From Clostridia bacterium (GTDB lineage Bacteria > Bacillota > Clostridia > Christensenellales > CAG-314): a stretch of DNA of 64,000 bases. Positions 16,951 to 26,922 of this stretch are shown here, piece by piece. Each line of letters starts with the position of its first letter. Position 1 is the first letter of the stretch. The position numbers and the translations under genes are program-made. The notes under the pieces are model-generated. The model did no database searches, had not been told where the DNA came from, and saw only the letters and a list, made by a program, of their open reading frames with translations. The stretch is taken from positions 17,066 to 81,065 of the forward strand of contig JAFTHP010000014.1 of assembly GCA_017457305.1 (NCBI GenBank), written 5' to 3'.

Positions 16951-17694
16951 ATGAAAAAGATTGGTGTAATTAGCGATATTCACGGCAACTATCCGGCATT
17001 GGTGGCAGTACTTGCCATGCTGGATGAGATTGGCTGTGATGAAATAATACACACAGGGGACGTTGTGGATATTGGTCCCGACTCCTGCAAGTGTATGGAA
17101 TTGCTTCTTTCACGCAAGGATATTGCCCTTCTTTTGGGCAATCACGACAGAGATTTTTTGCTAAATCAAGCAACTGCGCGCAACCTTTCTCACGTGCCAA
17201 CACAGCACAAGGAGCAGGTTTTTGCCAGCATGATGCCTAGTCATAGGGAGCAGGTTGCTCGTTTTCCGTTGTATACCTATCGCACTTGCGGTGGTCAAAG
17301 CATTTTGTTTTGTCACTATGCGTTCAACATGGGATGGAAGGATATATCCGTTTTCCCTTTTAAGCCGCTACTAACGCAACCAACAGCGGAACAATTTGAC
17401 CAATTATTTGCTGGTATACCATTTGATGCGGTATTTTTTGGTCACAAACACGAACCTTGTGATTTGCAAGGAGAAAGATTGTACGTGGATGTTGGCAGTG
17501 TAGGGTGCCATCCCGAACCTAATGCAAGGGCGGTGGTAATCTCCTACGACGACGAACATTGGAGTTACCAACGTTATCAAACACCGTACGATATGCAACA
17601 AGTACAACAAGCAATGCTAACACGAACAGCCTGCGGAAAGCAGCTGTATGACTTTTATTTTTTGCGCAAGTCGCCACAATCGGAGGAAAAATGA
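16951..17694 (+). CDS. Metallophosphoesterase (YfcE/MJ0936-like)
   Basis: ORF trimmed to MKKIGVISDIHGNYPAL. Motifs DIHGN, GDVVD, GNHD and GHKH. Confidence 0.75.
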   Translation: MKKIGVISDIHGNYPALVAVLAMLDEIGCDEIIHTGDVVDIGPDSCKCMELLLSRKDIALLLGNHDRDFLLNQATARNLSHVPTQHKEQVFASMMPSHREQVARFPLYTYRTCGGQSILFCHYAFNMGWKDISVFPFKPLLTQPTAEQFDQLFAGIPFDAVFFGHKHEPCDLQGERLYVDVGSVGCHPEPNARAVVISYDDEHWSYQRYQTPYDMQQVQQAMLTRTACGKQLYDFYFLRKSPQSEEK

Positions 17695-19172
17695 AAATAG
17701 GTTTTGATCACGACAAATACTTGCAATTGCAATCGCAAAAAATCGCCGAACGAGTAAAGGAGCTTGGTGGCAAGTTATATTTGGAATTTGGTGGCAAACT
17801 TTTTGACGACCATCACGCATCACGTGTGCTACCAGGATTTTTGCCTGATAGCAAAGTGGTTATGCTATCTACAATCAAGGAGCAGGTGGAAATTGTAATT
17901 ACCATCAGCGCCATTGACATTGCACAAAACAAGCTTCGCAGTGACGTGGGCATTACCTACGACGAAGACGTGTTCCGTTTGTATGACGAGCTGACAAGAC
18001 GCGGACTATACGTTAGTAGTGTTGTAATTTCGCAGTTTTCTCATAGCAATATGTCTGCGGTTAATTTCCAACGCAAGCTAGAAAGTCACGGACTAAAGGT
18101 ATATCGTCACTATCATATTGATGGCTACCCATCCAATGTGTCTCATATTGTGTCAGAAGAAGGCTTTGGCAAAAATGAATATATCCAAACATCTCGCAAC
18201 ATTGTTGTTGTAACGGCGCCGGGCCCAGGTAGTGGAAAGATGGCGACCTGTTTGTCGCAACTTTATCACGACAGCAAGCGCGGAATTGTATCGGGCTATG
18301 CCAAGTACGAAACCTTCCCCGTTTGGAATTTGCCAATTAGTCACCCTGTAAACATTGCCTACGAAGCGGCAACAGCTGACCTTGATGACGTCAATATGAT
18401 TGACCCATGGCACTTGCAAGCATACGGACAATCGGTTGTTAACTACAATCGAGATGTAGAAGTATTCCCTGTGCTATCGGCTATTTTTACAAAAATGCTA
18501 GGTTCTTGTCCATACAAATCACCAACAGATATGGGGGTTAATATGGTAGGATACTGCATTAGTGACGAAGACGTTTGTTGCCAAGCAAGCAGGCAAGAAG
18601 TAGTTCGTCGATATCTTGCAACAAGGGTTATGGCGCGCAAAGGACAATGCTCCAATGCCATTGTTGACAAATTGGACCTTATCATGTCCAAGCTTAACCT
18701 TACAGAAAACGACCGTCCTGTTGTGGTGGAAGCTAGACGCCACGCAGAAAAGAAAGGTTGTCACACAGCAGCATTGCAACTACCTAATGGACAAATAGTT
18801 CTAGGCAAAACAACCTCATTGCTCGGTTGTGCTTCTGCAGTTATATTAAACGCGCTAAAAGTTCTTGCTGGTTTGCCTGACGTAAAGCTAATTGCTCCAT
18901 CCGCATTGGAGCCTATTCAAAGATTGAAAACTGTAACCTTTGGCGACTATGCACCAGAGCTTCACGTTGACGAAGCGCTGATTGCATTGTCCGTTTCTGG
19001 TTCCGTTAACCCAATGGCGGAACTTGCTCTGGAGCAAATTGACAAGCTTCGCGGATGCCAAGTGCACATGACGGTTATCCCTCCACACGCCGATGAAAAG
19101 GTTTTTCGTAAGTTGGGAATTGAAGCAACAAGCGATCCTGTTTACTCGGGCAAACGCGTGTACTTTAACTAG
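17691..19172 (+). CDS. UPF0371/DUF1846 family protein (function unknown)
   Basis: 493 aa. The N-terminus MKIGFDHDKYLQLQSQKIAERV and the length are characteristic of this family. The start overlaps the upstream stop by 4 nt. Confidence 0.7.
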   Translation: MKIGFDHDKYLQLQSQKIAERVKELGGKLYLEFGGKLFDDHHASRVLPGFLPDSKVVMLSTIKEQVEIVITISAIDIAQNKLRSDVGITYDEDVFRLYDELTRRGLYVSSVVISQFSHSNMSAVNFQRKLESHGLKVYRHYHIDGYPSNVSHIVSEEGFGKNEYIQTSRNIVVVTAPGPGSGKMATCLSQLYHDSKRGIVSGYAKYETFPVWNLPISHPVNIAYEAATADLDDVNMIDPWHLQAYGQSVVNYNRDVEVFPVLSAIFTKMLGSCPYKSPTDMGVNMVGYCISDEDVCCQASRQEVVRRYLATRVMARKGQCSNAIVDKLDLIMSKLNLTENDRPVVVEARRHAEKKGCHTAALQLPNGQIVLGKTTSLLGCASAVILNALKVLAGLPDVKLIAPSALEPIQRLKTVTFGDYAPELHVDEALIALSVSGSVNPMAELALEQIDKLRGCQVHMTVIPPHADEKVFRKLGIEATSDPVYSGKRVYFN

Positions 19173-19355
19173 AGTATTATCGTACGGCAACAACACTGCT
19201 ATACCATATAGTGCATTTAAAGCAATTAAAGCACATAATATGTACATTTAAAGATTATAAGTTGCTATATAGATTGTTCGTTGTGTTATGTATATGTTGT
19301 GTATAAAGTGTTGACTAATTAAGGTATTTGTTATTTTTTTACAATATTTGATAAT

Positions 19356-19387
19356 AAAAAAGCCACCAGAGATTCTGGTGGCTTTTT
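19356..19387. terminator. Terminator downstream of pyk (bidirectional hairpin)
   Basis: Stem AGCCACCAGA/TCTGGTGGCT (19361-19383) flanked by A- and T-runs. Confidence 0.8.
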
Positions 19388-19406
19388 AGCTATATTATTT
19401 CGTTAA

Positions 19407-20834
19407 TTATTCTTCGCTACTGATATTTGCGATCTTAATCAAGTTTGTACCCACAACTTTGGAGCCAAGTGGAACACCTGCGGTGATTACAATATTGTCA
19501 CCAGCTTGTGCAATTCCCAATCGTTTGGCTGTTTCTTCTGCGTGAATGAACATATCGTCTGTGTTATCAAACGTTTGACAAATTGTTGGGATAACGCCCC
19601 AGCTTGGAGATAGTTGGTGGTAAACCTTGTCACTGCTTGTCATTGCAATAATGGGAACTTCTGGGCGGAAACGGGATACCATTCTTGCAGAGCTTCCGCT
19701 TGCTGTGTAAACTACGATGGCTTTTGCATTGATGTCAAAAGCGGTGTTTACTGTTGCGTGGCTGATTGCGTCAGTGTTGTCCATCAATGAGAATGGGGAT
19801 GAAGTGTACATTGCGCGGTAGTCTACGTTGCTTTCTGCTTCTTCAGCAATACGGGCCATTGTAGCAATAGTATTTGGAGGGTTGATACCAATAGCGCTTT
19901 CAGCAGATAGCATTACACAGCTAGAGCCGTCATATACTGCATTTGCAACGTCAACAATTTCGGCACGTGTTGGACGAAGTTTTGTTACCATGCTTTCTAG
20001 CATTTCTGTTGCTGTGATAACAAACTTGCCTTGCATACGTCCCTTTGTGATGAGCATCTTTTGGATGGCTGGCAACTTTTCGTAGGGTAGTTCTACACCC
20101 AAATCGCCACGAGCAACCATGATACCGTCGGTTACTTGCAAAATTTCGTCAATGTTGTTTACGCCCGATTGGCTTTCTATCTTTGCAACGATGCAAACGT
20201 CTTTTGCGCCGTGTTGTGCTAGGTAGTTGCGAATATCCAAAACGCTTTGTGCATCTTGAACAAAGCTTGCAGCATACATTTCGGCACCGATTTTGATGCC
20301 AAAATCTAGGTCGCGCATGTCTTGCTCGGACAAAAATGGCATGTTAAGTTTTACGTTTGGTGCAAACAATCCTTTTCTATCAGACAAAATGCCGCTGTTT
20401 TGTGCTTCGGTGTGGATAACCTTGTCTTGAATATCAACAATTTTGAAGATAAGTAGTCCGTCGTTTAGCAACAACGTGCCACCAACTTTAACGTCTTTGT
20501 ACAAATCCTTGTACGTAACGGAAACTTGTGTTTCGTTACCAACAACGTCATCGCAAACAAAAGCGAACTTCATGCCTTCGGAAACTTCGATTTTGCCATT
20601 TTCAAAGGTGCCAATGCGAACTTCGGGACCTTTTGTGTCGATCATGATGGGGATTGGCATACCAAGGTTTCTACGAACCTTTTTTACGTTGTCAATTTTT
20701 ACTTGATGTTCTTCGTACAAGCCGTGGCTCATATTGATGCGGGCAACATTCATGCCAGCCAATGCCATCTTCTTTATTTGATCGTAAGTTGTACTAGCAG
20801 GACCAAGTGTACAAACTATTTTGGTTTTTCTCAT
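19407..20834 (-). CDS. pyk: Pyruvate kinase
   Basis: ORF trimmed to MRKTKIVCTLGPAS (GGAGG RBS). Motifs MNVARINMSHG, MVARGDLGVE and others. Confidence 0.9.
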   Translation of the reverse strand: MRKTKIVCTLGPASTTYDQIKKMALAGMNVARINMSHGLYEEHQVKIDNVKKVRRNLGMPIPIMIDTKGPEVRIGTFENGKIEVSEGMKFAFVCDDVVGNETQVSVTYKDLYKDVKVGGTLLLNDGLLIFKIVDIQDKVIHTEAQNSGILSDRKGLFAPNVKLNMPFLSEQDMRDLDFGIKIGAEMYAASFVQDAQSVLDIRNYLAQHGAKDVCIVAKIESQSGVNNIDEILQVTDGIMVARGDLGVELPYEKLPAIQKMLITKGRMQGKFVITATEMLESMVTKLRPTRAEIVDVANAVYDGSSCVMLSAESAIGINPPNTIATMARIAEEAESNVDYRAMYTSSPFSLMDNTDAISHATVNTAFDINAKAIVVYTASGSSARMVSRFRPEVPIIAMTSSDKVYHQLSPSWGVIPTICQTFDNTDDMFIHAEETAKRLGIAQAGDNIVITAGVPLGSKVVGTNLIKIANISSEE

Positions 20835-21145
20835 TGATAGCCTCCGTAAAGACGTTTTGTCAAAATGTGGCGGGTTGCCGTAAAGGCAACACATTTACCA
20901 TTATGTATATTATATATCAACAGTCAATATTTGTAAATAACCTTTTAAAAAAAATCGTATGGGAATTTGTTGTTGAATTATATTTTTAATAGCAAAGAAC
21001 CATGACGGTAAATTATCTGCTCTTTTTTGATACTTCTTGATACAATCTTCATTGACAACAATGCGTTTTGGTGCGATAATATATAATATATTATTTAGTC
21101 AATAATGTGTTTGTGCCAAGTTTGGCGCAAATGTAGAGAGTTAGT

Positions 21146-22312
21146 ATGGTCGTATTACTTGTAGCACTTATATATGTGGCATTTGTAAGTCTAGGTTTGC
21201 CCGATGCAGTTTTGGGTGCAACTTGGTCGGTTATGCGCGAGCAAATGCAAGTACCCATATATTATCAAGGGATATTGTCCATGATTATTTCCGCTGGCAC
21301 AATCACTTCCAGCTTGATGAGCAACTACGCGAACAAAAAGATGGGCGCAGGATTGGTCACCGCACTTAGCACGTTGCTTACTGCCTTGGCACTCCTTGGT
21401 TTTTCCTTCAGCACAAAGTTTTGGCAATTATGCTTGTTTGCCATACCTTGTGGACTAGGCGCAGGCGGAGTAGATGCGGCACTCAACAACTACGTTGCGG
21501 TTAATTTGTCATCGCGCCACATGAACTGGCTTCATTGCTGTTGGGGCGTAGGTGCAACTATTGGTCCACAAATAATGGGCAATTTCCTTTCTCGTGGGAT
21601 GAGTTGGAACAACGGATACCTTGCTATATCAATTTTGCAAGGGGTGCTAACAATGGTGTTGCTATTTAGCCTGCCATTGTGGAAGAAAGCCATACCGCAA
21701 GCGGAAGAAAAAAGCGACGTCAAAACTATTGATGCTATCAAAATCCGTGGCGTTAAACTAGTGTTGATAATGTTCTTTTGCTATTGCGCGGCGGAGTCGC
21801 TTGCAATGCTTTGGGCAAGTAGCTATTTGGTAGAGTATCGTCACGTGGACAGCATTACGGCAACGTTATTTGGTTCTTTGTTTTTTGTAGGTATGACCGT
21901 TGGCCGCTTTGTTTGCGGATTGATTTCTGGCAAGCTAGGCGATAGAGCCTTGATTCGTGTTGGTTCGTCGGTAGCATTGGTTGGTGTTGTTTGCATTGTG
22001 TTGCCAGTTACAGTACATTGGCTAAGTTTGTGTGGATTGGTGGTGTTTGGGCTAGGTTGTGCACCTATTTATCCAGCAATTATTCACTCCACACCCAATA
22101 ACTTTGGAAAGAAAAATTCGCAAGCCATCGTTGGTTTTCAAATGGCATGCGCCTATACAGGATCTACCTTTATTCCACCTTTGTTTGGATTGGTAGCATC
22201 CAAAGCAATGGTACTGTTCCCTTATATTATGGCGGTATGTTTTGTGGCAGTAGTTTTGTTGCACGAAAGGGTTAACCGCATCATCGACAAAAGAAAAGTT
22301 TTGGAGGAGTAA
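21146..22312 (+). CDS. MFS transporter (candidate nucleoside/pseudouridine importer, by context)
   Basis: 388 aa with about 12 hydrophobic segments. The stop overlaps the start of the pseudouridine kinase gene. Confidence 0.7.
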   Translation: MVVLLVALIYVAFVSLGLPDAVLGATWSVMREQMQVPIYYQGILSMIISAGTITSSLMSNYANKKMGAGLVTALSTLLTALALLGFSFSTKFWQLCLFAIPCGLGAGGVDAALNNYVAVNLSSRHMNWLHCCWGVGATIGPQIMGNFLSRGMSWNNGYLAISILQGVLTMVLLFSLPLWKKAIPQAEEKSDVKTIDAIKIRGVKLVLIMFFCYCAAESLAMLWASSYLVEYRHVDSITATLFGSLFFVGMTVGRFVCGLISGKLGDRALIRVGSSVALVGVVCIVLPVTVHWLSLCGLVVFGLGCAPIYPAIIHSTPNNFGKKNSQAIVGFQMACAYTGSTFIPPLFGLVASKAMVLFPYIMAVCFVAVVLLHERVNRIIDKRKVLEE

Positions 22313-23217
22313 TGGGCTACGTTTGTGTAATTGGTGGTACTAATGTGGATATCATTTGCACACCAAATGAACAACTTAATCTGAGGGATAGTAACCCTAG
22401 CAAAATAACGATAACAGCTGGCGGTGTGGGACGCAACATTGCAGAAAACCTTGCAAGGCTATCTCAACAAGTCAAGCTGATTAGTGTTATTGGCAACGAC
22501 GTCAACGCCCAAATAATCCGCGATAACGCTATCCTTGTTGGTATGGATATTTCACATTGTATGCAGGTGGATATGCCAACGTCAATGTATGTTGCCATCA
22601 ACGATTCCAACAATGATATGTTGGTTGGCGCCAACAGTATGCAAAGTGCACAAATGTTATCGCAAGAGTTTTTAAGTGGTAAACTAGAACTGTTAAACGG
22701 TGCAAGTTGTGTAGTGGTGGATACAAATATGTATCATGTTTTGCCATATGTGTTGAGTGTTGTAACGGTTCCTGTATTTGTGGAGGCAGTATCTTCGGCA
22801 AAGATTTTGCTAGCTAAGCCACACCTAAAAAACGTGTTTGCCTTAAAGGTTAATCACGACGAAGCGTTGGCTTTGACTGGAGTTGACGTTGACAATATTT
22901 TGACTGCACAGCTTTGTTACAACAATGTTTGCGACAAAGTTGAAAACTTGTATATTACTAACAGCCAAGGCGTGTACGTTTGTACGCGAAATGGTGTTAG
23001 CTTTGTAAAAGGTATCAAAACAGAAGTTGTAAATACCACGGGCGCAGGCGACAGCTTTTTTGCCGGCGTGGTGCTTGGATATATGCTAGGAAAGGACGTT
23101 ACACAATGTGCTTGTTATGGTCAAGCTTGCAGTATGATAACAGTAAAAAGTCCTAGCGCAGTAAGCCAACAATTATCACTACAAACAATAATCAAGTTAG
23201 CGGAGGAGCAACTATGA
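22312..23217 (+). CDS. psuK: Pseudouridine kinase (PfkB family)
   Basis: 301 aa. GGVGRNIAENLARL and TTGAGDSF motifs. Translationally coupled to psuG. Confidence 0.75.
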   Translation: MGYVCVIGGTNVDIICTPNEQLNLRDSNPSKITITAGGVGRNIAENLARLSQQVKLISVIGNDVNAQIIRDNAILVGMDISHCMQVDMPTSMYVAINDSNNDMLVGANSMQSAQMLSQEFLSGKLELLNGASCVVVDTNMYHVLPYVLSVVTVPVFVEAVSSAKILLAKPHLKNVFALKVNHDEALALTGVDVDNILTAQLCYNNVCDKVENLYITNSQGVYVCTRNGVSFVKGIKTEVVNTTGAGDSFFAGVVLGYMLGKDVTQCACYGQACSMITVKSPSAVSQQLSLQTIIKLAEEQL

Positions 23218-24131
23218 AACAATATCTCAATATTTCTGCAGAAGTAAAATCAGCTTTGCAAAATAATCGTCCTGTTGTGGCATTGGAATCAACAATCATT
23301 TCCCACGGCATGCCATATCCACAAAACGTACAAACCGCATTGATGGTAGAACAAATTGTCCGTGATGCTGGTTGTGTTCCAGCAACTATTGCCATCATCG
23401 AAGGTAAACTTACAGTTGGTTGCTCCAAGGATCAAATTGACCTTTTGGGCAGACTTGGTCAACAAGTAACAAAGGTTTCTCGCAGAGATATTCCTTTCAT
23501 TGTAGCAAAGGGGCTAAATGGAGCAACAACAGTAGCCTCCACAATGTACATTGCTAGTCTTGCTGGTGTTCAAGTGTTTGCCACAGGTGGTATTGGTGGA
23601 GTTCACCGCAATGCCGAAAAGACAATGGATATTTCCGCCGACTTGGACGAACTTCAACAAACAAGCGTTATGGTTGTTTGCGCTGGCGCTAAGTCTATCT
23701 TGGATATTGGTTTGACATTGGAATGTTTGGAAACTCGTGGCGTTCCCGTTGTTGGCTTCCAAACGGAAGATATGCCTGCTTTCTACACACAAAAGAGTGG
23801 CTTCAAGGTGGATTACAGATTGGATACCGCTCGTGAAATTGCCGAAGCATTTTTTGTTCAACGCAAAATTGGTCTTCAAGGTGGTATGCTTGTTGCTAAC
23901 CCAATTCCCGATAGCTACGCAATGGATAGCAAGTACATTTCGGATAACATCCAACGCGCAGTAGAGGAAGCTGAACGTTTGGGCATTTCTGGCAAGGAAA
24001 CAACACCATATTTGTTGGACAAAATTCAACGTCTAACAGGTGGCAAGAGCTTGCAAGCTAACATCCAACTTGTTTACAACAACGCTCGTCTTGCCAGCCA
24101 AATTGCAAGGGAACTTTGCAAACTAAAATAA
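23214..24131 (+). CDS. psuG: Pseudouridine-5'-phosphate glycosidase
   Basis: 305 aa. PVVALESTIISHGMPYPQN is the characteristic N-terminal block. Confidence 0.85.
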   Translation: MKQYLNISAEVKSALQNNRPVVALESTIISHGMPYPQNVQTALMVEQIVRDAGCVPATIAIIEGKLTVGCSKDQIDLLGRLGQQVTKVSRRDIPFIVAKGLNGATTVASTMYIASLAGVQVFATGGIGGVHRNAEKTMDISADLDELQQTSVMVVCAGAKSILDIGLTLECLETRGVPVVGFQTEDMPAFYTQKSGFKVDYRLDTAREIAEAFFVQRKIGLQGGMLVANPIPDSYAMDSKYISDNIQRAVEEAERLGISGKETTPYLLDKIQRLTGGKSLQANIQLVYNNARLASQIARELCKLK

Positions 24132-24151
24132 TCTAACAAAAGGATAAAACA

Positions 24152-24841
24152 ATGAAAATTGGCGGATTTATGAAGTTGACATTGTTGGACTATCCCGAAA
24201 AAGTTGCGTGCACCGTGTTTACTGTGGGATGCAATTTCCGTTGTCCATTTTGTCACAATGCTTCACTCGTTGAGCAAAGGGATTGTCAAGAGTTATCTGT
24301 GGACGGCGTTCTTCAAGTGTTGAAAAAGCGCAAACACATATTGGAAGGTATGTGTCTAACAGGTGGCGAACCATTGCTTCAAAAGGGTGTAGATGATTTT
24401 TTGCGAAAGGTCAAGGCGCTTGGTTACAAGGTTAAGCTTGATACCAACGGATCATTTCCGCAAAAGTTGATGGACCTTGTGCAGGAAGGTTTGGTTGACT
24501 ACGTTGCTATGGATATAAAAAATAGCATGGATATGTATAATCAAACTGCCGGTTGCAACGTTGATATGGACAGTATTGTCCGTTCGGTGGATTCTCTTAA
24601 ACAAGGCACGGTGGATTACGAATTTCGTACTACTGTAACCAAGAATTTCCACAGCGAACAAAGCATCAGACAAATGGCGCAATGGCTACAAGGCGCAAAA
24701 CGTTACTATCTTCAACAATTTGTGGATAGCGGCGATTTGATAGATAATTCCATTACCGGTGTCGACGACAACACACTACACAATTATTTACAAATAGTAC
24801 AAGAGTATATCCCACATGCTGTACTTAGGGGTATCGATTAG
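24152..24841 (+). CDS. nrdG: Anaerobic ribonucleoside-triphosphate reductase activating protein (radical SAM)
   Basis: 229 aa. LLDYPEKVACTVFTVGCNFRCPFCHN contains the CxxxCxxC cluster in the NrdG-type context. Confidence 0.75.
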   Translation: MKIGGFMKLTLLDYPEKVACTVFTVGCNFRCPFCHNASLVEQRDCQELSVDGVLQVLKKRKHILEGMCLTGGEPLLQKGVDDFLRKVKALGYKVKLDTNGSFPQKLMDLVQEGLVDYVAMDIKNSMDMYNQTAGCNVDMDSIVRSVDSLKQGTVDYEFRTTVTKNFHSEQSIRQMAQWLQGAKRYYLQQFVDSGDLIDNSITGVDDNTLHNYLQIVQEYIPHAVLRGID

Positions 24842-25012
24842 AAGATAAACAAAGTCATGCAAAAGGGAAGTGGGCAAAGTGTTGCCTCTTCCTTTTTTAG
24901 ACCTTACAATACTATTTCCAAAAAATTGGAGTTTTTTTTATTAAAACTGCAACAAAAAAGACGTTCAAATTGTTTAATAATCAAAGTAGGAAATTTACAC
25001 GATTTTAGAGAG

Positions 25013-25528
25013 ATGAAGAAGACAGTAATTGACAAACTACTTTGTAATGTGGCTCTTGGGGACGAACGTTCCTTCGAGCAACTTTACGAAGGTACAAAAA
25101 ATGGTGTTTTTGCATTTTTGTACACCTATTTGCATAACCGTGCCGATACCGAAGACGCACTGCAGACGGTATTTTTGAAGGTTAAATTGCACGTTTCTGG
25201 TTACCGACAGGGCACAAACGGAAATGCATGGCTTTTGCAAATTGCAAAAAACACCGCACTCAATATGCTTGCAAAGCGCAAAAACGATGCGTCGTTGGAT
25301 GACGTCGTTGTTCCACACAACGACCAATACAACGATGGTAGTATAACAAAATTAATGCAGCAGGTACTGGATGAAGAGGAGCAACGGGTGGTAACGTTGC
25401 ACGTGCTGTGGTCCTACAAACACAGGGAAATAGCCGAGTTAATTGGTTGCCCCACAAGCACAATCACTTCCAAGTACAAGCGCGCTATTGCAAAGCTTAA
25501 AAAATCTTTGAAGGAAACAACATTATGA
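25013..25528 (+). CDS. ECF-type RNA polymerase sigma-70 family factor
   Basis: ORF trimmed to MKKTVIDKLL. Region 2 (FEQLYEGTKNGVFAFLYTYLHNRADTEDALQTVFLKV) and region 4 HTH (HREIAELIGCPTSTITSKYKRAIAKLK). Confidence 0.8.
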   Translation: MKKTVIDKLLCNVALGDERSFEQLYEGTKNGVFAFLYTYLHNRADTEDALQTVFLKVKLHVSGYRQGTNGNAWLLQIAKNTALNMLAKRKNDASLDDVVVPHNDQYNDGSITKLMQQVLDEEEQRVVTLHVLWSYKHREIAELIGCPTSTITSKYKRAIAKLKKSLKETTL

Positions 25529-26742
25529 AAGGGTTCAAAAAACGCTGGAACCAAGAATTAGATACCCTTGTCCCTGGCATGAGTGACCAAGTTAGGCAAG
25601 CGGATATCCAAACGGTTCCACAAACCACACAACTTAATAGTACTGTGCAACCAAAGGGATTTAAGTCGTGGTTTAAGCACCATAAAGGTCGTTTCTTTGT
25701 ATCTATTGCAAGTGCGATGGCCGCAGTGTTGCTTGCCGTATTTGTACTTCCTGCCCTTGTAAACATTGCAACAGTCAGCAATTCTCCCACAGCTGTAGTG
25801 GTAGAAATCAACCCAAGTGTAGCTTTCTCGGTGGACAAAAATGGAGTTGTTACCAAGGTTGTTGCCAACAATGCAGATGCTGATATTGTTCTATATGGTG
25901 GTGCGGACAAACAAATGATTGGTAAAACCATTGAGCAAGCAACCAATATCTTTGTGGATTTGGCAAAGCAAATGGGTTACTTAAGTGAAAACAACAACGA
26001 CATAGCTATATATACCGACGAAGAACACAGTAAGTTGCTCAACAACATTGAAAAGAGTGTTACCAATTATCTAAAAGATTGTTCTTTCACTTGCGTAGTG
26101 AACAGTAGCAGTATTGCTTTAAGTGACTTGTGCGACAAACTCCACCTGCAAGTGACAACTAGCCTAGAACAGCTCGAACAAACTATGCAGGGTTTGCAAA
26201 CAAAGTTTTATGTGCGTGCCGCATCTGGTGAACAATTTGATTTTGGTCAGGCATACAGCGAACAAGTGTCATCGCAAAACGTTTTGGATATGGTCAAATC
26301 CACATTGGAACAGCAATGGAACTTGGCACAACAACGTTACGAAGATATTTGTCAAATTCAACTGCTAGTTACTCAGTGGCTATTGTCCTTCTTTGGCGAA
26401 GAGGAAAAGGTTGCTTTGGAGCAAGCAATTGTTGCCTACGAGCAAAAGTACAAGGTGCATCTTTCCCTAGAAACAATCAGCGACGAAATAGCCGAACAAA
26501 TGGACAACGTGTCTGCTATGGTAGAAACATTGTTTTCTACGTTAGCACTTATAACAGTAGAATACATTGCCGAACACACGCAGGAACTGGCAGATATTCT
26601 TCATCAATTGGAAGTTGGCTACACCGATATTATGCTATCGTTGTTGGAAGTTCCACAAACTATTGAGGACTATTTGTCCAAAATGGAAGATTACTGCGCA
26701 ACTAATTATCAAATAAAGATGGGTGTTTTGCCTCAAAATTAG
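25525..26742 (+). CDS. Putative single-pass anti-sigma factor
   Basis: 405 aa. The start overlaps the sigma gene stop. It has a short cytoplasmic N-terminus, one TM (FFVSIASAMAAVLLAVFVLPALV), then an extracytoplasmic domain beginning VVVEINPSVAFSVDKNGVVTKVVANN. Confidence 0.6.
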   Translation: MKGFKKRWNQELDTLVPGMSDQVRQADIQTVPQTTQLNSTVQPKGFKSWFKHHKGRFFVSIASAMAAVLLAVFVLPALVNIATVSNSPTAVVVEINPSVAFSVDKNGVVTKVVANNADADIVLYGGADKQMIGKTIEQATNIFVDLAKQMGYLSENNNDIAIYTDEEHSKLLNNIEKSVTNYLKDCSFTCVVNSSSIALSDLCDKLHLQVTTSLEQLEQTMQGLQTKFYVRAASGEQFDFGQAYSEQVSSQNVLDMVKSTLEQQWNLAQQRYEDICQIQLLVTQWLLSFFGEEEKVALEQAIVAYEQKYKVHLSLETISDEIAEQMDNVSAMVETLFSTLALITVEYIAEHTQELADILHQLEVGYTDIMLSLLEVPQTIEDYLSKMEDYCATNYQIKMGVLPQN

Positions 26743-26922
26743 CCAAAATTATCTGGTTTTGAGGCAAAATCTCAAACTAAAAAATTTTCTGAAAAAATTT
26801 TGCTATAAATGTGCAACAAAATTGCAATAAATATGGTTTAATATGTGTACAAGCAAAAGGGCAAGGGCCTAGATGCTTCAAATAAAACAAACAATAAAGT
26901 TAGATCTTTAGGAGGATCCACA

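Noticed and set aside
24152-24841. nrdG without an adjacent nrdD as a possible orphan radical-SAM activase for another glycyl-radical enzyme.
   Set aside because: The N-terminal sequence is the classical NrdG type, and nrdD is often encoded elsewhere. Nothing in the window indicates another partner.
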